Counted from the first letter of the stretch, positions 38,683 to 50,660 are shown. The stretch is DNA of 53,013 bases from Flavobacteriales bacterium (GCA_045561575.1 JBJKXM010000017.1:1-53013), one strand, 5' to 3'. Numbers and translations are program-made. The notes: generated by a model not told the origin, from the letters alone.

Positions 38683-40599
38683 TTACTTAATTAATGTATA
38701 CAATAAATCTTTATTTACTGAATAATTATATTTTTTTCTTAAAAATGAAATCCATTGATCGTCTAAGTATTTCTGATAATCAGAAATGACTTTACCTTTG
38801 ACGTCACTTAATTGCATTACACCAGCAGGCAGAACATCAGTAATGTTAATTATTACATAATCTCCATTATCATTTTTCAAATCTTTACTTATACCTTTTT
38901 TCCAATTAACAGAATCAATAAATTTATTATCTCCTCTTGTATAATTCTTAGTTTCTATATTTAGATTTAAAGCTGATTCTTTGTTAATTTTTTCTAATAT
39001 AGATGCATTATCAATATTACCTCTATTGAGTCTATAAATCAAACTCTTAACTTTTCTAGCAGTAGGCAAATCTAAACATGTATATATAGATGCACTTACC
39101 CTATCTTCCCATTTATAGTTATCAATATTTGAATTAAAGTATTCAGACAATCCTAAAGAATCATCAACAGCTTTTTTCCAAACATTTTTATTTGTTAAAT
39201 CAAAAAGCAAAATACCTTCTCTGTATTCATTTAATAATACTTTAAATTCAGGGTATTTGTTTTCCAATTGACTTTCTTCATAAGTAAAGAGACTCTTATC
39301 AAGAAACTCTAAATAAAGATTGTCAAAATTATTGTTGTTTTTTTGATTTTTTAAGATATAGTCAGTTAGATCGTTTTGATAAAAAATCATAGATTCAATC
39401 TTGAAAAGTGGATTATCCAATTCTAATGCATTGTTACCATCCCAGATACTTTTTTCAACATCTTTTACTGCTGCTCTTCTAAGAGAATTGAAATTTTCTT
39501 TAAATACTTTTAAACTATATTGATCTTTTAATTTTTTCGCCATATATTCAGTACTTAATTTACTTCTAGAATCTCTTTCAATACCAGTTTTAACTTTTAA
39601 ATAAAGATCATCATTAAGAATAATTGGATAATCTTCTATTAGCATAATAATATGCCAGCCAAAATCAGTTTGAAATGGTTGTGAAAAATCACCAATTTTT
39701 TCAAGTTTGAATGCTTGATTTTCAAATTCAGGAACCATTTTACCTACACCAAAAGGGGGTAAAATACCTCCCTTTACAGCTGTAGATCTATCTTCTGAGA
39801 ATCTCTCTGCAACTTCAGCAAATCTATCTCCTTTAACAAGAAGATCATAAGTTTCTGTTATTTTGTTTTTGGCATCATTTAGCTTGTCAGCTTTTGCATT
39901 TTTTCCAGTTTTAAACATAATATGTGCTACTTTCCTTTCACCAACAGCTTTTCTTTTATCATTTACTCTAATAATATGATAACCGTACTTTGTTTTAATA
40001 GGTTGAGAAATATCACCAATTGGAGTAGTATAAGCAGCTGTTTCAAAATCATAGACCATCATAAAAGCAGTAAAATAGCCTAAATTACCTTGGTTTTCTA
40101 TAGCAGATTTATCATCAGAATATTTAACAGCAGCATCTTCAAATGAAATATTACCATTTAATATTTGTTTCCTGATATCATTTATTTTATTAAAAGCTTC
40201 ATCATTATTTTCATTATTAATATTAATTAAAATATGATTTGCATTAATATCATACTGAATTCTATCTAATGCTTCATCAAATAATTCATCATTAAAATTA
40301 TCATCTCTTAGGTATGGTCTTGCCAATTGTTTTCTGTATCCTTCCAATTCTTCAATAAATGTTGGAACTGTATCATATCCTAGGTTTTTTGCTTCTTTTA
40401 CCTTTAATTTAAAATTTATAAATAACTCAATATATTCATCTAAATATTGTTTATTGATTTGCTCGTTATCATTATTTTTATTAAAGATATGTGTAAATTC
40501 ATCTAATGAAACTTTTTCATTTTCTATTTCAAGTAAAACTTCTTGAGAAAACAGGTTAATATTAAATATTAATAATAATAGTATAGTATATTTCTTCAT
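38683..40599 (-). CDS. Multi-domain parvulin-type peptidyl-prolyl isomerase
   Basis: Start moved from 40680 (inside guaB) to the ATG at 40599, which gives the signal peptide MKKYTILLLL. Two parvulin domains (YSDDKSA...GNLGYF...YGYHII; FSEDRST...MVPEFE...FGWHII). Confidence 0.88.
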   Translation of the reverse strand: MKKYTILLLLIFNINLFSQEVLLEIENEKVSLDEFTHIFNKNNDNEQINKQYLDEYIELFINFKLKVKEAKNLGYDTVPTFIEELEGYRKQLARPYLRDDNFNDELFDEALDRIQYDINANHILININNENNDEAFNKINDIRKQILNGNISFEDAAVKYSDDKSAIENQGNLGYFTAFMMVYDFETAAYTTPIGDISQPIKTKYGYHIIRVNDKRKAVGERKVAHIMFKTGKNAKADKLNDAKNKITETYDLLVKGDRFAEVAERFSEDRSTAVKGGILPPFGVGKMVPEFENQAFKLEKIGDFSQPFQTDFGWHIIMLIEDYPIILNDDLYLKVKTGIERDSRSKLSTEYMAKKLKDQYSLKVFKENFNSLRRAAVKDVEKSIWDGNNALELDNPLFKIESMIFYQNDLTDYILKNQKNNNNFDNLYLEFLDKSLFTYEESQLENKYPEFKVLLNEYREGILLFDLTNKNVWKKAVDDSLGLSEYFNSNIDNYKWEDRVSASIYTCLDLPTARKVKSLIYRLNRGNIDNASILEKINKESALNLNIETKNYTRGDNKFIDSVNWKKGISKDLKNDNGDYVIINITDVLPAGVMQLSDVKGKVISDYQKYLDDQWISFLRKKYNYSVNKDLLYTLIK

Positions 40600-40609
40600 G
40601 TCTTTCTTT

Positions 40610-42070
40610 TTATCTACTGTAATTTGGAGCTTCTCTAGTAATAGTAACATCATGTGGATGACTCTCAATAACTCCAGCACTTGTTATTTTAATAAATTCT
40701 GCATCTTTTAATTTTTGGATATTTTCTGCACCAGAATATCCCATTCCTGCCTTTAGTCCACCAGTCATTTGATGAACTACTTCTGACAAATGACCTTTGT
40801 ATGCAACTCTACCAACAATTCCTTCAGGAACAAGCTTTTTTAAATCATCTTCATGATCTTGAAAATATCTATCCTTTGATCCTTGTTGCATTGCATCAAT
40901 TGACCCCATTCCTCTATAAGTTTTATATTTTCTACTTTCGAAAATTATTGTTTCTCCTGGAGCTTCTTCTACTCCTGCAATTATTGAACCAAGCATTACT
41001 GAACTTGCTCCTGCAACCATTGCCTTTACAATATCACCTGAGTATCTAATTCCACCATCTGCAATTAATGGGATGTTATGTTTTTGAGTAACTTCATAAA
41101 CATCCATTACAGCGGTTAACTGAGGTACACCAATGCCAGCAATTACTCTTGTAGTACAAATAGAGCCAGGTCCAATACCAACTTTAACAGCATCTGCACC
41201 TGCCTTAATTAGATCCTCTGCAGCTTTTGCTGTTGCTATGTTTCCTACTACTATGTCAATTGAAGAATAATTAGATTTAACTTTTTTAACTACATCTAAA
41301 ACATTTTTTGAATGCCCATGGGCAGTATCAATAACAATTGCATCTACATTAGCATTTATTAAAGATTGAATTCTATCCAACACATCACTTGTGACGCCAA
41401 CAGCAGCAGCAACTCTCAATCTACCGTACTTATCTTTGCAAGCATTAGGACGCATTCTATTTTTAATTATGTCTTTAAAAGTGATTAAACCAACTAGACA
41501 ATTATCTTTGTCAACAATAGGTAATTTTTCAATTTTGTTACTTTTAAGAATGTTTTCAGCTTTTTCTAAATCATTTATTAAAGTTGTAACAAGATTATTT
41601 GAAGTCATAACTTCTTTTATACTTAAATTATGATCTTTTTCGAATCTAAGGTCTCTGTTTGTAACAATTCCTAATAGTAAATTATTTTTTCCAACAATTG
41701 GAATACCACCAATCTTATTTTCTTTCATTAGTTTAAAAGCATCACCAACATTAGCATTTATATCTAAAGTAATTGGATCTTGAATCATTCCACTTTCAGA
41801 TCTTTTAACTTTTCTAACTTCTTTAGTTTGAGCTTCGACACTCATGTTTTTATGTAAAACTCCAATCCCTCCTTCCTGAGCAATTGCAATAGCCATTTTA
41901 GACTCAGTAACTGTATCCATTGCTGCAGAGACTATAGGAAGGTTTAGTTTAATATTTTTAGAAAAAAAAGTCTTTGTTGAAACTTCATTAGGGTGAACTT
42001 CTGAATATGCAGGAACTACAAGAACATCATCATATGTTAATCCCTCTTTTAATAATTTTGTATTTCCCAT
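40610..42070 (-). CDS. guaB: IMP dehydrogenase (with CBS pair)
   Basis: [42 protein letters not shown]. Confidence 0.98.
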   Translation of the reverse strand: MGNTKLLKEGLTYDDVLVVPAYSEVHPNEVSTKTFFSKNIKLNLPIVSAAMDTVTESKMAIAIAQEGGIGVLHKNMSVEAQTKEVRKVKRSESGMIQDPITLDINANVGDAFKLMKENKIGGIPIVGKNNLLLGIVTNRDLRFEKDHNLSIKEVMTSNNLVTTLINDLEKAENILKSNKIEKLPIVDKDNCLVGLITFKDIIKNRMRPNACKDKYGRLRVAAAVGVTSDVLDRIQSLINANVDAIVIDTAHGHSKNVLDVVKKVKSNYSSIDIVVGNIATAKAAEDLIKAGADAVKVGIGPGSICTTRVIAGIGVPQLTAVMDVYEVTQKHNIPLIADGGIRYSGDIVKAMVAGASSVMLGSIIAGVEEAPGETIIFESRKYKTYRGMGSIDAMQQGSKDRYFQDHEDDLKKLVPEGIVGRVAYKGHLSEVVHQMTGGLKAGMGYSGAENIQKLKDAEFIKITSAGVIESHPHDVTITREAPNYSR

Positions 42071-42091
42071 AATTTAACAAATAAAATTCTG

Positions 42092-42099
42092 CAAAACTA
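42092..42099 (-). promoter_or_regulatory. -7 promoter element for the guaB operon (TAGTTTTG)
   Basis: TAnnTTTG, 21 nt before the ATG at 42070. Confidence 0.65.
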
Positions 42100-42160
42100 A
42101 CGAATTACTTCAGAAATTAGTGCTTTATTAGTCTACTAATTTTATAATTAGAGTTATTTT

Positions 42161-45100
42161 TTATCTTATTAAAGTAAAAACCTGTACTTTTTCAGTCAAA
42201 TCACCTACCCCATTTATATATGAAATGTGATATACATAATTATCATTTTGAACAAATTTCCCTAGAAAAGTTCCATCCCATCCTTTTTGAGGATCATTGG
42301 TTGTAAATAGTTGAGATCCGTTTCTGGAATATATAGAAAATTCATATCCAATTTCAGAAACAAAATTTGTAATTGGTTTAAAAATCTCATTATGTTCATC
42401 TCCATTTGGAGTAAATGAAGATGGAACAAATAAAATTGGAGTTTGAGAAACACATGAAATATTAGAATAACTTCCTTCAATTACAGGTCCATAAGGGTTA
42501 TTATTACCTTCAATAGCTTTTATGTAATAGCAGAACCTACCATTACCATCACCAAACTCTGTTACTATATCTATGTACGTAAGTTCTTCATCTGGATTGT
42601 TGACTCTATCAAAAATATATAGTGGCAATACATCAAAATCCTCTCTGTTTACAGATCTATAAAGTTGATACTCGACAACTTCTCCAAGCCATTTATCATA
42701 TTCATTAAAATTTAAAGTATTTGTATACTGCTCAAAATATTGAGGATCATCACCATAATCTTTGTTTATTTCAGTTTGTAAGAAGATTGTTTGGCCATAT
42801 GATGTATCATTTATAGATTGGTATACAGACGGCGCATTTAATATTTTATTACATGTATCAACAGGAAAAACTTGATATTTATAAAAATTTTCATCAGGAT
42901 TAGCACTGTAATCCATATAATTAATTGTTGAACTATTATTAAAAGGTACACTTCCTATTTCTGAGAAATTATTTAAATCTTCAAAAGACCTATATATTAA
43001 ATATCTATCAATGATTGCATCTTTATCAACTAAACAATTAATTTCAACACTATTATTATCATTATCTACAGAAACATAATCAATATAATTAAATTTTGGC
43101 TCTCCAGGAAGAGTAACTAGATAGTTTACTTGATCTGACATTGCCATCAAAGTTGAATCTCCATTATATGCAACTACATAAAAGAAATAATTATAACCTC
43201 TATTTATGGAATTAATTTCATAGGATAAATTATTTGTTCTAATAGAGTCATAAGTAATATTTCCATTTTGATCAGTTGTATTTATGAAAATTTTGTAATG
43301 ACTTAAATCATCTTTAAAATTAATGTATGGATTCCAATTAAAATTAATTGACAGATCACAAACATCAATCTTTGAAATTATATTCATAGAATTGTGTTCA
43401 ATACTCCTAATACTTGAATTACCACAACTATCAATAGATCTCACACTAAAAGTTTCATAATTATTAATTGCATCAGAAGAATTAAATGTATATGAGTTGT
43501 TATTAAATCCGTAAACGGAATCAAGTGTTATCCAAGAACCAAATTCATCAAGTATATAGATAGCATATACATCAACATCAGTTGATGATGAGGTCCAAGA
43601 AATAACTGATTTTCCATTTGAATCTACAGAAACATCACTAATTTGTGGTCTATTTGGACTGATAGTGTCCTTCAAAATTGCTCCATTAATTGAAGAATTT
43701 GAAACACATCCATTATCATCAGTTAAACTTACATAAAGTTGTTGTAAAGAGTTACATGTCTGGGCAGGAAAAATATAATTATTGTTTGAAGTATTTCCAA
43801 CATTTTGCCAAACTAAATTACCATCTAATGCATAAATGTCAAATTCAGAAGCTGAGGTAGTTAGATTAGGAATATGAATAAAGTTCCAATTCATGTCTGC
43901 TTCTGTTTCTGCATTTATAGATGTAACATCCAAAAATATAGTTTGTAGAGTGTCAGAAGGGTCAGATTCATCAGCACATGAAGACAAAGAAGTTAAATAA
44001 TAAAATTGAGATTGTTGGTTAGCATCAACTCCAGAATGTAAATAAGTGTCATCAGGAAAATAAATACTATCAACAAAAGTAAATGGACCATTTTCATTAT
44101 TTGAGTGATATAATGAATAGACTGTACTTTGAGGAGCAGATGGGATATGTTCCCAAGAAATTTGAACGTCACCATTCTCTTGAACTGAAACACATCTAAT
44201 ATCAGGAGAAATATCAACTGGCAAAGGTAGTACAGTAACTTTAATTGTAGCAAATTTTATACCGTTGGCAGGACAAAAATCATCATATACTTTTATCAAA
44301 AATGTAAAAACATTAGAAGTTTGACCACAACCAACATTTGCAGCAATATGGTTACAAGAAGTTTGCCATCTAAAAATTCCTGAAACCGTTCCAAAATTAC
44401 TAAATGGAGCAGGCACACCTGCAGCATTATTAAAAGTTGCACAAGGTGGATTTAAACAGTTAGATACCGTTTGAAAATCATCTGCAAATTGACCACCTGA
44501 AACTTCCATAACAAGTTCTTGAGGTGTAACACCATTATATAAATCATTATCAATTCCATCTATTACAAATTCAACAAGAGAGCCAGCAAAAACTGTAGTA
44601 TCATAAGTAGGTGCTCCTGTAAGAGAATCTAAAAATGGCGCACTAACTTCAGGAGGATTATTTGGAATAGGTGAAGCAGGCATAGTTGGACAAGAAATTA
44701 AAACTACTTGTACTTCTCTGTAAATTTCAGCAACCAATTGATCACATTTCCAAGATTGAACTTTAATACACGTTACAAAATTTCCTGAAATATTTGCATT
44801 GTATGAAACTTCACCTGTAGCTCCATCTAAAGTAGGACTACCAGGAAGTGGTGATGAAACTGTGTAGGGTGCATTAAAAACTAATGGCATTGGATCAACG
44901 GGTGGATTGTATGTAGCTAAAAAATCATCTAAAGGCTCACCCCAAGAATATACTAACTCATCCAATTCCTCATCAAATGCGTTATGACTATATGAAAAGG
45001 GGAAACCGGTACATAAAATAGTTTTAGGTTGTTCTTTAAATTCAGGAGATGAATCAAAACAAGGTTCAGCTGGAGTTGGAATTCCAGTTGTAGGATCAAC

Positions 45101-45586
45101 AAAAGGATACATTGATGCTCTAAGAGTAAATCCAGCTGACGATGGATTTGTTACGTTTGTTATCGCAGCATTTCTACAACAATTATCCCAGGTAAATTGC
45201 CAACCAGCTGTTGGCGGTACACCAGGAAGAGATGCAGGTTGAGATTGGAAAATATATTCTTCAACGGATCCAGGATCACTAGATGCACAATTAAGCTGTG
45301 GGTTACCACTTGCAACAGGATCACAAGTTGGAGAAACATCTTGTTGAAGAACAAAATCAACATCAATTCCAGTAACTGAAGGATGGTTCCACACTTGAAT
45401 AACTTGTGTGATTGTAGAGACAGTAATCCCTGAACAATCTCTATAAACCTTCATTGTAAATACATATTTACCTACATCAGGTCCAGATTTCAAACATTCC
45501 CATGTAATTTCACCACCCATTAAATGTGAAGAAAAAGAATTAAATGAAATTAAAACACAAAAAATTGAAATTAAAATTTTCCTCAT
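42161..45586 (-). CDS. T9SS type B CTD (gliding-motility-associated C-terminal domain) surface protein with FN3-like repeats
   Basis: Signal peptide; N-terminal SHLMGGEITW...YRDC...CCRN; repeated W...Y..YR...Y.V...D.C units; CTD LFVPSSFTPNGD..N..FKP...WDG. Confidence 0.85.
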   Translation of the reverse strand: MRKILISIFCVLISFNSFSSHLMGGEITWECLKSGPDVGKYVFTMKVYRDCSGITVSTITQVIQVWNHPSVTGIDVDFVLQQDVSPTCDPVASGNPQLNCASSDPGSVEEYIFQSQPASLPGVPPTAGWQFTWDNCCRNAAITNVTNPSSAGFTLRASMYPFVDPTTGIPTPAEPCFDSSPEFKEQPKTILCTGFPFSYSHNAFDEELDELVYSWGEPLDDFLATYNPPVDPMPLVFNAPYTVSSPLPGSPTLDGATGEVSYNANISGNFVTCIKVQSWKCDQLVAEIYREVQVVLISCPTMPASPIPNNPPEVSAPFLDSLTGAPTYDTTVFAGSLVEFVIDGIDNDLYNGVTPQELVMEVSGGQFADDFQTVSNCLNPPCATFNNAAGVPAPFSNFGTVSGIFRWQTSCNHIAANVGCGQTSNVFTFLIKVYDDFCPANGIKFATIKVTVLPLPVDISPDIRCVSVQENGDVQISWEHIPSAPQSTVYSLYHSNNENGPFTFVDSIYFPDDTYLHSGVDANQQSQFYYLTSLSSCADESDPSDTLQTIFLDVTSINAETEADMNWNFIHIPNLTTSASEFDIYALDGNLVWQNVGNTSNNNYIFPAQTCNSLQQLYVSLTDDNGCVSNSSINGAILKDTISPNRPQISDVSVDSNGKSVISWTSSSTDVDVYAIYILDEFGSWITLDSVYGFNNNSYTFNSSDAINNYETFSVRSIDSCGNSSIRSIEHNSMNIISKIDVCDLSINFNWNPYINFKDDLSHYKIFINTTDQNGNITYDSIRTNNLSYEINSINRGYNYFFYVVAYNGDSTLMAMSDQVNYLVTLPGEPKFNYIDYVSVDNDNNSVEINCLVDKDAIIDRYLIYRSFEDLNNFSEIGSVPFNNSSTINYMDYSANPDENFYKYQVFPVDTCNKILNAPSVYQSINDTSYGQTIFLQTEINKDYGDDPQYFEQYTNTLNFNEYDKWLGEVVEYQLYRSVNREDFDVLPLYIFDRVNNPDEELTYIDIVTEFGDGNGRFCYYIKAIEGNNNPYGPVIEGSYSNISCVSQTPILFVPSSFTPNGDEHNEIFKPITNFVSEIGYEFSIYSRNGSQLFTTNDPQKGWDGTFLGKFVQNDNYVYHISYINGVGDLTEKVQVFTLIR

Positions 45587-45599
45587 AAAACCTTTTTTA

Positions 45600-45607
45600 C
45601 AAACTTA
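45600..45607 (-). promoter_or_regulatory. -7 promoter element (TAAGTTTG)
   Basis: TAnnTTTG, 13 nt before the ATG at 45586. Confidence 0.6.
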
Positions 45608-45650
45608 CAAATTATAAATATTATTAGAACAATTGCATAAGAAAAGTATA

Positions 45651-46595
45651 CTATAATCTTATATCTTTTAAATAATCAATCTTAGAATTAAATTCATCAA
45701 TTAATTTTTTAAATATTTGATCAACTGATTGAATTTGTGAAATAGAAGAAGATATTTGTCCAATTTCTAATTCGCCATCTATAATATTTCCTTCAAAAAT
45801 TCCCTTCTTAGCCCTACCCTTTGATAAAATATCTTTAAGAACTTCTACTGAAGCATTATTTCTATAAGCATTTTCAATTTGAAAATAAAAATCATTTTTT
45901 AATAATCTTACAGGAGTAATTTCTTTTAATGTAAGTACGGTATCTCCATCATTAGATTCTATTATTTTATTTTTGAAATTAATATGCGCTGATGATTCTT
46001 TACTTGCAGCAAATAAACTACCTATTTGAACCGCATCTGCACCTAATGACATTGCAGCTAAAATTGACTTTCCGGAACCTATCCCTCCAGCAGCAATTAA
46101 GGGAATATCAACAATAGATTTAATTTGAGGAATCAAACACATAGTAGTTATTTCTTCTATACCATTATGTCCACCAGCTTCAAAACCTTCTGCAACAATA
46201 GCATCGACTCCAGCATCTACACACTTTAATGCGAATTTTTGATTAGCAACAACATGAACTACTGTAATACCATTATCTTTCAGTATCTGAGTATATTTTT
46301 TTGGGCTTCCAGCTGAGGTAAAAACAATTTTAACCTTTTCTTCTAGAATAGTATTTATGTGTTCCTCAATGTTTGGATACAGCAAAGGTAAATTAACACC
46401 AAAAGGACGAGTTGTAGCTTTCTTACATTTTTTAATATGTTCTCTTAAAACATCTGGATACATAGATCCAGAACCTATTAATCCAAGACCACCATTATTA
46501 CTAACAGCACTCACTAAACGCCAACCACTACACCAAACCATTCCTCCTTGAATTATAGGGTATTTTATTTTAAAAAGATCACTAATTCTGTTCAT
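45651..46595 (-). CDS. Nitronate monooxygenase / FabK-like FMN oxidoreductase
   Basis: [44 protein letters not shown]. Confidence 0.88.
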   Translation of the reverse strand: MNRISDLFKIKYPIIQGGMVWCSGWRLVSAVSNNGGLGLIGSGSMYPDVLREHIKKCKKATTRPFGVNLPLLYPNIEEHINTILEEKVKIVFTSAGSPKKYTQILKDNGITVVHVVANQKFALKCVDAGVDAIVAEGFEAGGHNGIEEITTMCLIPQIKSIVDIPLIAAGGIGSGKSILAAMSLGADAVQIGSLFAASKESSAHINFKNKIIESNDGDTVLTLKEITPVRLLKNDFYFQIENAYRNNASVEVLKDILSKGRAKKGIFEGNIIDGELEIGQISSSISQIQSVDQIFKKLIDEFNSKIDYLKDIRL

Positions 46596-46604
46596 AAAAA
46601 AATC

Positions 46605-46612
46605 TATATTTG
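46605..46612 (+). promoter_or_regulatory. -7 promoter element for glyA (TATATTTG)
   Basis: TAnnTTTG, 32 nt before the ATG at 46645. Confidence 0.6.
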
Positions 46613-46644
46613 TTATTGAGTACGAAATTAAAAAAAAATCAAAA

Positions 46645-47919
46645 ATGAAGAATGATCAACAAATATTTGAATTAATAAATAAAGAAGATTTAAGACAAAA
46701 AAATGGGATTGAACTAATTGCTTCTGAAAATTTTGTAAGTCCAAATGTTATGAAAGCCGCAGGTTCATGTTTAACTAACAAATATGCAGAAGGATATCCA
46801 AGAAAAAGATATTATGGTGGATGCGAGATTGTTGATCAAATTGAACAAATTGCTATTGATAGAGCCAAAGAATTATTTGGAGTAGAGTATGTAAATGTTC
46901 AACCACACTCTGGTTCTCAAGCAAATTCTGCTGTAATGCTTGCATGTTTAAATGCAGGTGATAAGATTTTAGGATTTAATTTGGCACACGGAGGCCATCT
47001 TACTCACGGTTCTCCAGTAAATTTTTCAGGAAAGCTATATAAAACATCATTTTATAATGTTGATAAAGAAACTGGATTAATTGACTATGAGATGTTAGAA
47101 GAAGTTGCAAATAAGGAAAAACCAAAAATGATTATTTGTGGGGGATCTGCTTATTCTAGAGATTGGGACTATAAAAAATTTAGAGAAGTTGCAGATAGTG
47201 TTAATGCAATATTATTAGCAGATATTGCGCATCCAGCCGGTTTAATTGCAGCAAAACTTTTAAATAACCCTGCTAATCATTGTCATATTTTAACCACCAC
47301 CACTCATAAAACTTTACGAGGTCCTAGAGGTGGAATGATAATGATGGGAAAAGATTTTGAGAATCCTTTTGGAGAAAAAAATATGAAGGGCGAAAACAAA
47401 CTAATGTCAACTTTATTAAACTCTGGAGTTTTTCCTGGATCGCAAGGAGGTCCATTAGAACATATTATTGCTGCTAAGGCTATTGCATTTGGTGAAGCAC
47501 TAGACAGTTCATTTGTTGATTACTCAAAACAAGTTATATCAAATGCAAAAATAATGGCAGAATCTCTTGTAGAAAAAAACTATAATATAATCTCTGGTGG
47601 AACAGAAAACCATTGTATGTTAATTGATTTGACAAATAAAAATATTACTGGAAAAGAAGCTGAATTAGCACTTGTTAAAGCAGATATTACTGCTAATAAA
47701 AACATGGTTCCTTTTGATACTAAATCTCCTTTTGTTACATCTGGAATTAGATTTGGAACACCTGCTATAACAACAAGAGGAATTAAAGGAAATGTAATAC
47801 CTGAAATTGTTAACTTAATTGATGAAACTATTGTAAATTATCAAGATGAAAGTAAACTCAAAACAATCAAACAAAAAGTAAATGAGTTAATGAGCAATTA
47901 CAAAATATTTGCATATTAA
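46645..47919 (+). CDS. glyA: Serine hydroxymethyltransferase
   Basis: [52 protein letters not shown]. Confidence 0.98.
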   Translation: MKNDQQIFELINKEDLRQKNGIELIASENFVSPNVMKAAGSCLTNKYAEGYPRKRYYGGCEIVDQIEQIAIDRAKELFGVEYVNVQPHSGSQANSAVMLACLNAGDKILGFNLAHGGHLTHGSPVNFSGKLYKTSFYNVDKETGLIDYEMLEEVANKEKPKMIICGGSAYSRDWDYKKFREVADSVNAILLADIAHPAGLIAAKLLNNPANHCHILTTTTHKTLRGPRGGMIMMGKDFENPFGEKNMKGENKLMSTLLNSGVFPGSQGGPLEHIIAAKAIAFGEALDSSFVDYSKQVISNAKIMAESLVEKNYNIISGGTENHCMLIDLTNKNITGKEAELALVKADITANKNMVPFDTKSPFVTSGIRFGTPAITTRGIKGNVIPEIVNLIDETIVNYQDESKLKTIKQKVNELMSNYKIFAY

Positions 47920-47923
47920 AATT

Positions 47924-50137
47924 ATGAATCCTGTTGATTTAGAAATAGAGAATAAAGAAATAATTAATAGGTACCGAGCTCTTTTAAGAGCTTGTAATGA
48001 TAAAACAGATAAAAAGGATAAAAAAGAAATAAGAAAAGCCTTTAATTTAGCTGTAAAGGCTCATGAAAATATTAGAAGAAAATCTGGGGAACCCTACATT
48101 TTACATCCAATTGCTGTTGCACATATATGTGCAAAAGAAATTGGACTAGGAACTACATCAATAATATGTGCCTTACTTCACGATGTTGTTGAAGATACAA
48201 ACTACACAATTGAAGATATAAACAAGTTATTTGGAAATAAAATTGCATCAATAATTGATGGGTTAACAAAAATTTCTGATGTGTTTGATCAAAAAGTGTC
48301 TTTACAAGCTGAAAATTTTAGAAAAATGTTACTAACTCTTTCTGATGATGTAAGGGTTATTCTAATTAAGTTAGCAGATAGACTGCATAATATGAGAACT
48401 CTTGATGCCATGTCCAAACAGCAAAAATTAAAGATTGCATCAGAAACACTTTATTTATATGCTCCACTAGCTCACAGACTTGGTCTATATCCAATAAAAA
48501 CTGAACTTGAAGATTTAGGATTAAAATTCACAAAACCTGAAATATATAAAGCAATTTCTTTAAAGTTAAATGAAACCAAAATAAGTAGAAATAGGTATAT
48601 CAAAAAATTTTCCCTTCCAATTAAAAATGTTCTAAAAAATGAAGGACTTAAAACAACAATAAAAGGAAGACCAAAATCAATCTATTCAATAAGACAGAAA
48701 ATACTGCATAAGAAAGTTAATTTTGACAACATTTTTGACAAATTTGCTATTAGAATAATTGTTGATAGTGATATTCAAAATGAAAAATCTGATTGTTGGA
48801 AAATATATTCAATAGTTACAGACTTTTATCGACCAAATCCAGATAGATTAAGAGATTGGATTTCTACCCCAAAAGTAAATGGTTATGAATCTCTTCATAC
48901 TACAGTAATGGGAGACGAAGGAAAATGGGTTGAAGTCCAAATTAGAAGTAAGAGAATGGATGAGATTGCTGAAAAAGGATATGCAGCACATTGGCATTAT
49001 AAAAATGAAGGAATTAAGACTAGTGGTCTTGATATTTGGATTAGTAAAATTAGTGCTCTTCTCGAAAATCCTGAATCAAACGCTATAGAATTTATTGATG
49101 ATTTCAAATTAAATTTATTTTCAGGTGAAATATATGTATTTACTCCCAAGGGTGATCTAAAAACACTACCAAAAGGATCAACGGCATTAGATTTTGCATT
49201 TGAAATTCATACTCAAATTGGAATGACGTGCTTAGGAGTGAAAGTAAATGGAAAGTTAGTTCCACTTAGTCATATTTTGTCAAGTGGAGATCAGGTTGAA
49301 ATTATCACTTCAAAAAAACAATCACCAAGAAAAGATTGGTTAAGGTTTGTTGCTACATCTCAAGCAAGGTCAAAAATTAAAAGTGCTCTAAAAAAAGAAG
49401 AAAAAATTATAGCTGAATTAGGTAAGGAACTTGCAGAAAGAAAATTAAGACATCTTAGAATAAAGCTAAACAGAAATACTGAAGATGAATTAATAAAACA
49501 TTTTAAATCTTCAAGTTCACAAGAATTATATTTTCAATTTGGTAATGGTCAAATTTCAAATCCTGAAATTAAAGAATTTGTAAATCTAAAGAATGCTGGA
49601 TGGTATCAAAATATAAAAAATAGAATTTACAAAACTCGATTTGTCTCTAAAGACAATAAAGAAAATAAAATTATTGTTTTTAATGATGATGATGAAATAT
49701 TAGATTATAAAATCGCAGGATGTTGCAATGCTATTCCAGGTGATAATATTTTTGGATTTCTATCAATTGTTGATGGATTAAAAGTTCACAGAGAAGATTG
49801 TCCAAATGCAATAGAATTAAGAGCAAATTATGCATACAGAATAATGAAAGCTAGATGGACTCTAAAAGAAAATATTGATTTTACAGCAAATTTAAAAATT
49901 AATGGCATAGACAGTGTTGGACTTGTTAATAAAGTTACACAGATAATATCAAAACAATTAAATGTCGATATTAAATCTATTAATATTAATACTAATGATG
50001 GAGTTTTTGAAGGAGATATTACACTAAAAGTACATAATGATACGTTCTTAAATGAGATTACTAAAAAGCTAGAAAAAATTGAAGGAATAGTAAATATTTC
50101 AAGAACTTATAAACATACCAAAGATATTAAAGCATAA
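47924..50137 (+). CDS. relA: Bifunctional (p)ppGpp synthetase/hydrolase (long RSH)
   Basis: RKSGEPYILHP, intact HD motif (LLHDVVED), KLADRLHNMRT, GYESLHT, EVQIRS, TGS and ACT domains. The ATG at 47924 is preferred over the TTG at 47909, which overlaps glyA. Confidence 0.95.
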   Translation: MNPVDLEIENKEIINRYRALLRACNDKTDKKDKKEIRKAFNLAVKAHENIRRKSGEPYILHPIAVAHICAKEIGLGTTSIICALLHDVVEDTNYTIEDINKLFGNKIASIIDGLTKISDVFDQKVSLQAENFRKMLLTLSDDVRVILIKLADRLHNMRTLDAMSKQQKLKIASETLYLYAPLAHRLGLYPIKTELEDLGLKFTKPEIYKAISLKLNETKISRNRYIKKFSLPIKNVLKNEGLKTTIKGRPKSIYSIRQKILHKKVNFDNIFDKFAIRIIVDSDIQNEKSDCWKIYSIVTDFYRPNPDRLRDWISTPKVNGYESLHTTVMGDEGKWVEVQIRSKRMDEIAEKGYAAHWHYKNEGIKTSGLDIWISKISALLENPESNAIEFIDDFKLNLFSGEIYVFTPKGDLKTLPKGSTALDFAFEIHTQIGMTCLGVKVNGKLVPLSHILSSGDQVEIITSKKQSPRKDWLRFVATSQARSKIKSALKKEEKIIAELGKELAERKLRHLRIKLNRNTEDELIKHFKSSSSQELYFQFGNGQISNPEIKEFVNLKNAGWYQNIKNRIYKTRFVSKDNKENKIIVFNDDDEILDYKIAGCCNAIPGDNIFGFLSIVDGLKVHREDCPNAIELRANYAYRIMKARWTLKENIDFTANLKINGIDSVGLVNKVTQIISKQLNVDIKSININTNDGVFEGDITLKVHNDTFLNEITKKLEKIEGIVNISRTYKHTKDIKA

Positions 50138-50194
50138 ATTTTAAAAAAAGTATCAAAAAAAAATGTTTTTAATTATTTTTAAATTTTTAAAGAA

Positions 50195-50656
50195 ATGAGC
50201 AAAAAAAAAGATTTAATTAGTGAAGTAACAGAAATTTTTACTGATTATTTAATAAAAAATAATCAACGAAAAACACCCGAGCGTTATGCTATATTAAATG
50301 AAATCTATAACAATGATGGTCATTTTGATATTGAATCTTTGTATATTAAAATGAAAAACCAAAAATATAGAGTTAGTAGAGCCACTCTTTATAATACCAT
50401 TGAATTGTTGCTACAATGCAGTTTAGTAAGAAAACACCAATTCGGCAAATCTCATGCTCAATTTGAAAAATCATATTTCAACAAGCAGCATGATCATTTA
50501 ATCTGTACAAATTGCGATAAAGTTATTGAATTTTGTGACCCAAGATTACAAGGTATAATGAACTTTATTGAAAATGATATGAATTTTAAAATATCAAGGC
50601 ATTCTCTGAATTTTTATGGAAAATGCTTAGATGAAAAGAGTTGTTTAAATAAGTAA
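50195..50656 (+). CDS. fur: Fur-family transcriptional regulator
   Basis: [28 protein letters not shown]. Confidence 0.92.
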   Translation: MSKKKDLISEVTEIFTDYLIKNNQRKTPERYAILNEIYNNDGHFDIESLYIKMKNQKYRVSRATLYNTIELLLQCSLVRKHQFGKSHAQFEKSYFNKQHDHLICTNCDKVIEFCDPRLQGIMNFIENDMNFKISRHSLNFYGKCLDEKSCLNK

Positions 50657-50660
50657 ATAT

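Noticed and set aside
40600-40680. ORF-track 27-aa N-terminal extension of the PPIase
   Set aside because: It overlaps the guaB 3' end; the ATG at 40599 gives a normal signal peptide.
42071-42160. Purine riboswitch or operator upstream of guaB (dyad ATTAGT-CT-ACTAAT at 42127-42140)
   Set aside because: The promoter element is 21 nt from the ATG, leaving no room for an aptamer. The 6-bp AT-rich dyad is expected by chance.
47909-47923. TTG start for rel
   Set aside because: It overlaps glyA; the in-frame ATG at 47924 with an A-rich context is more plausible.
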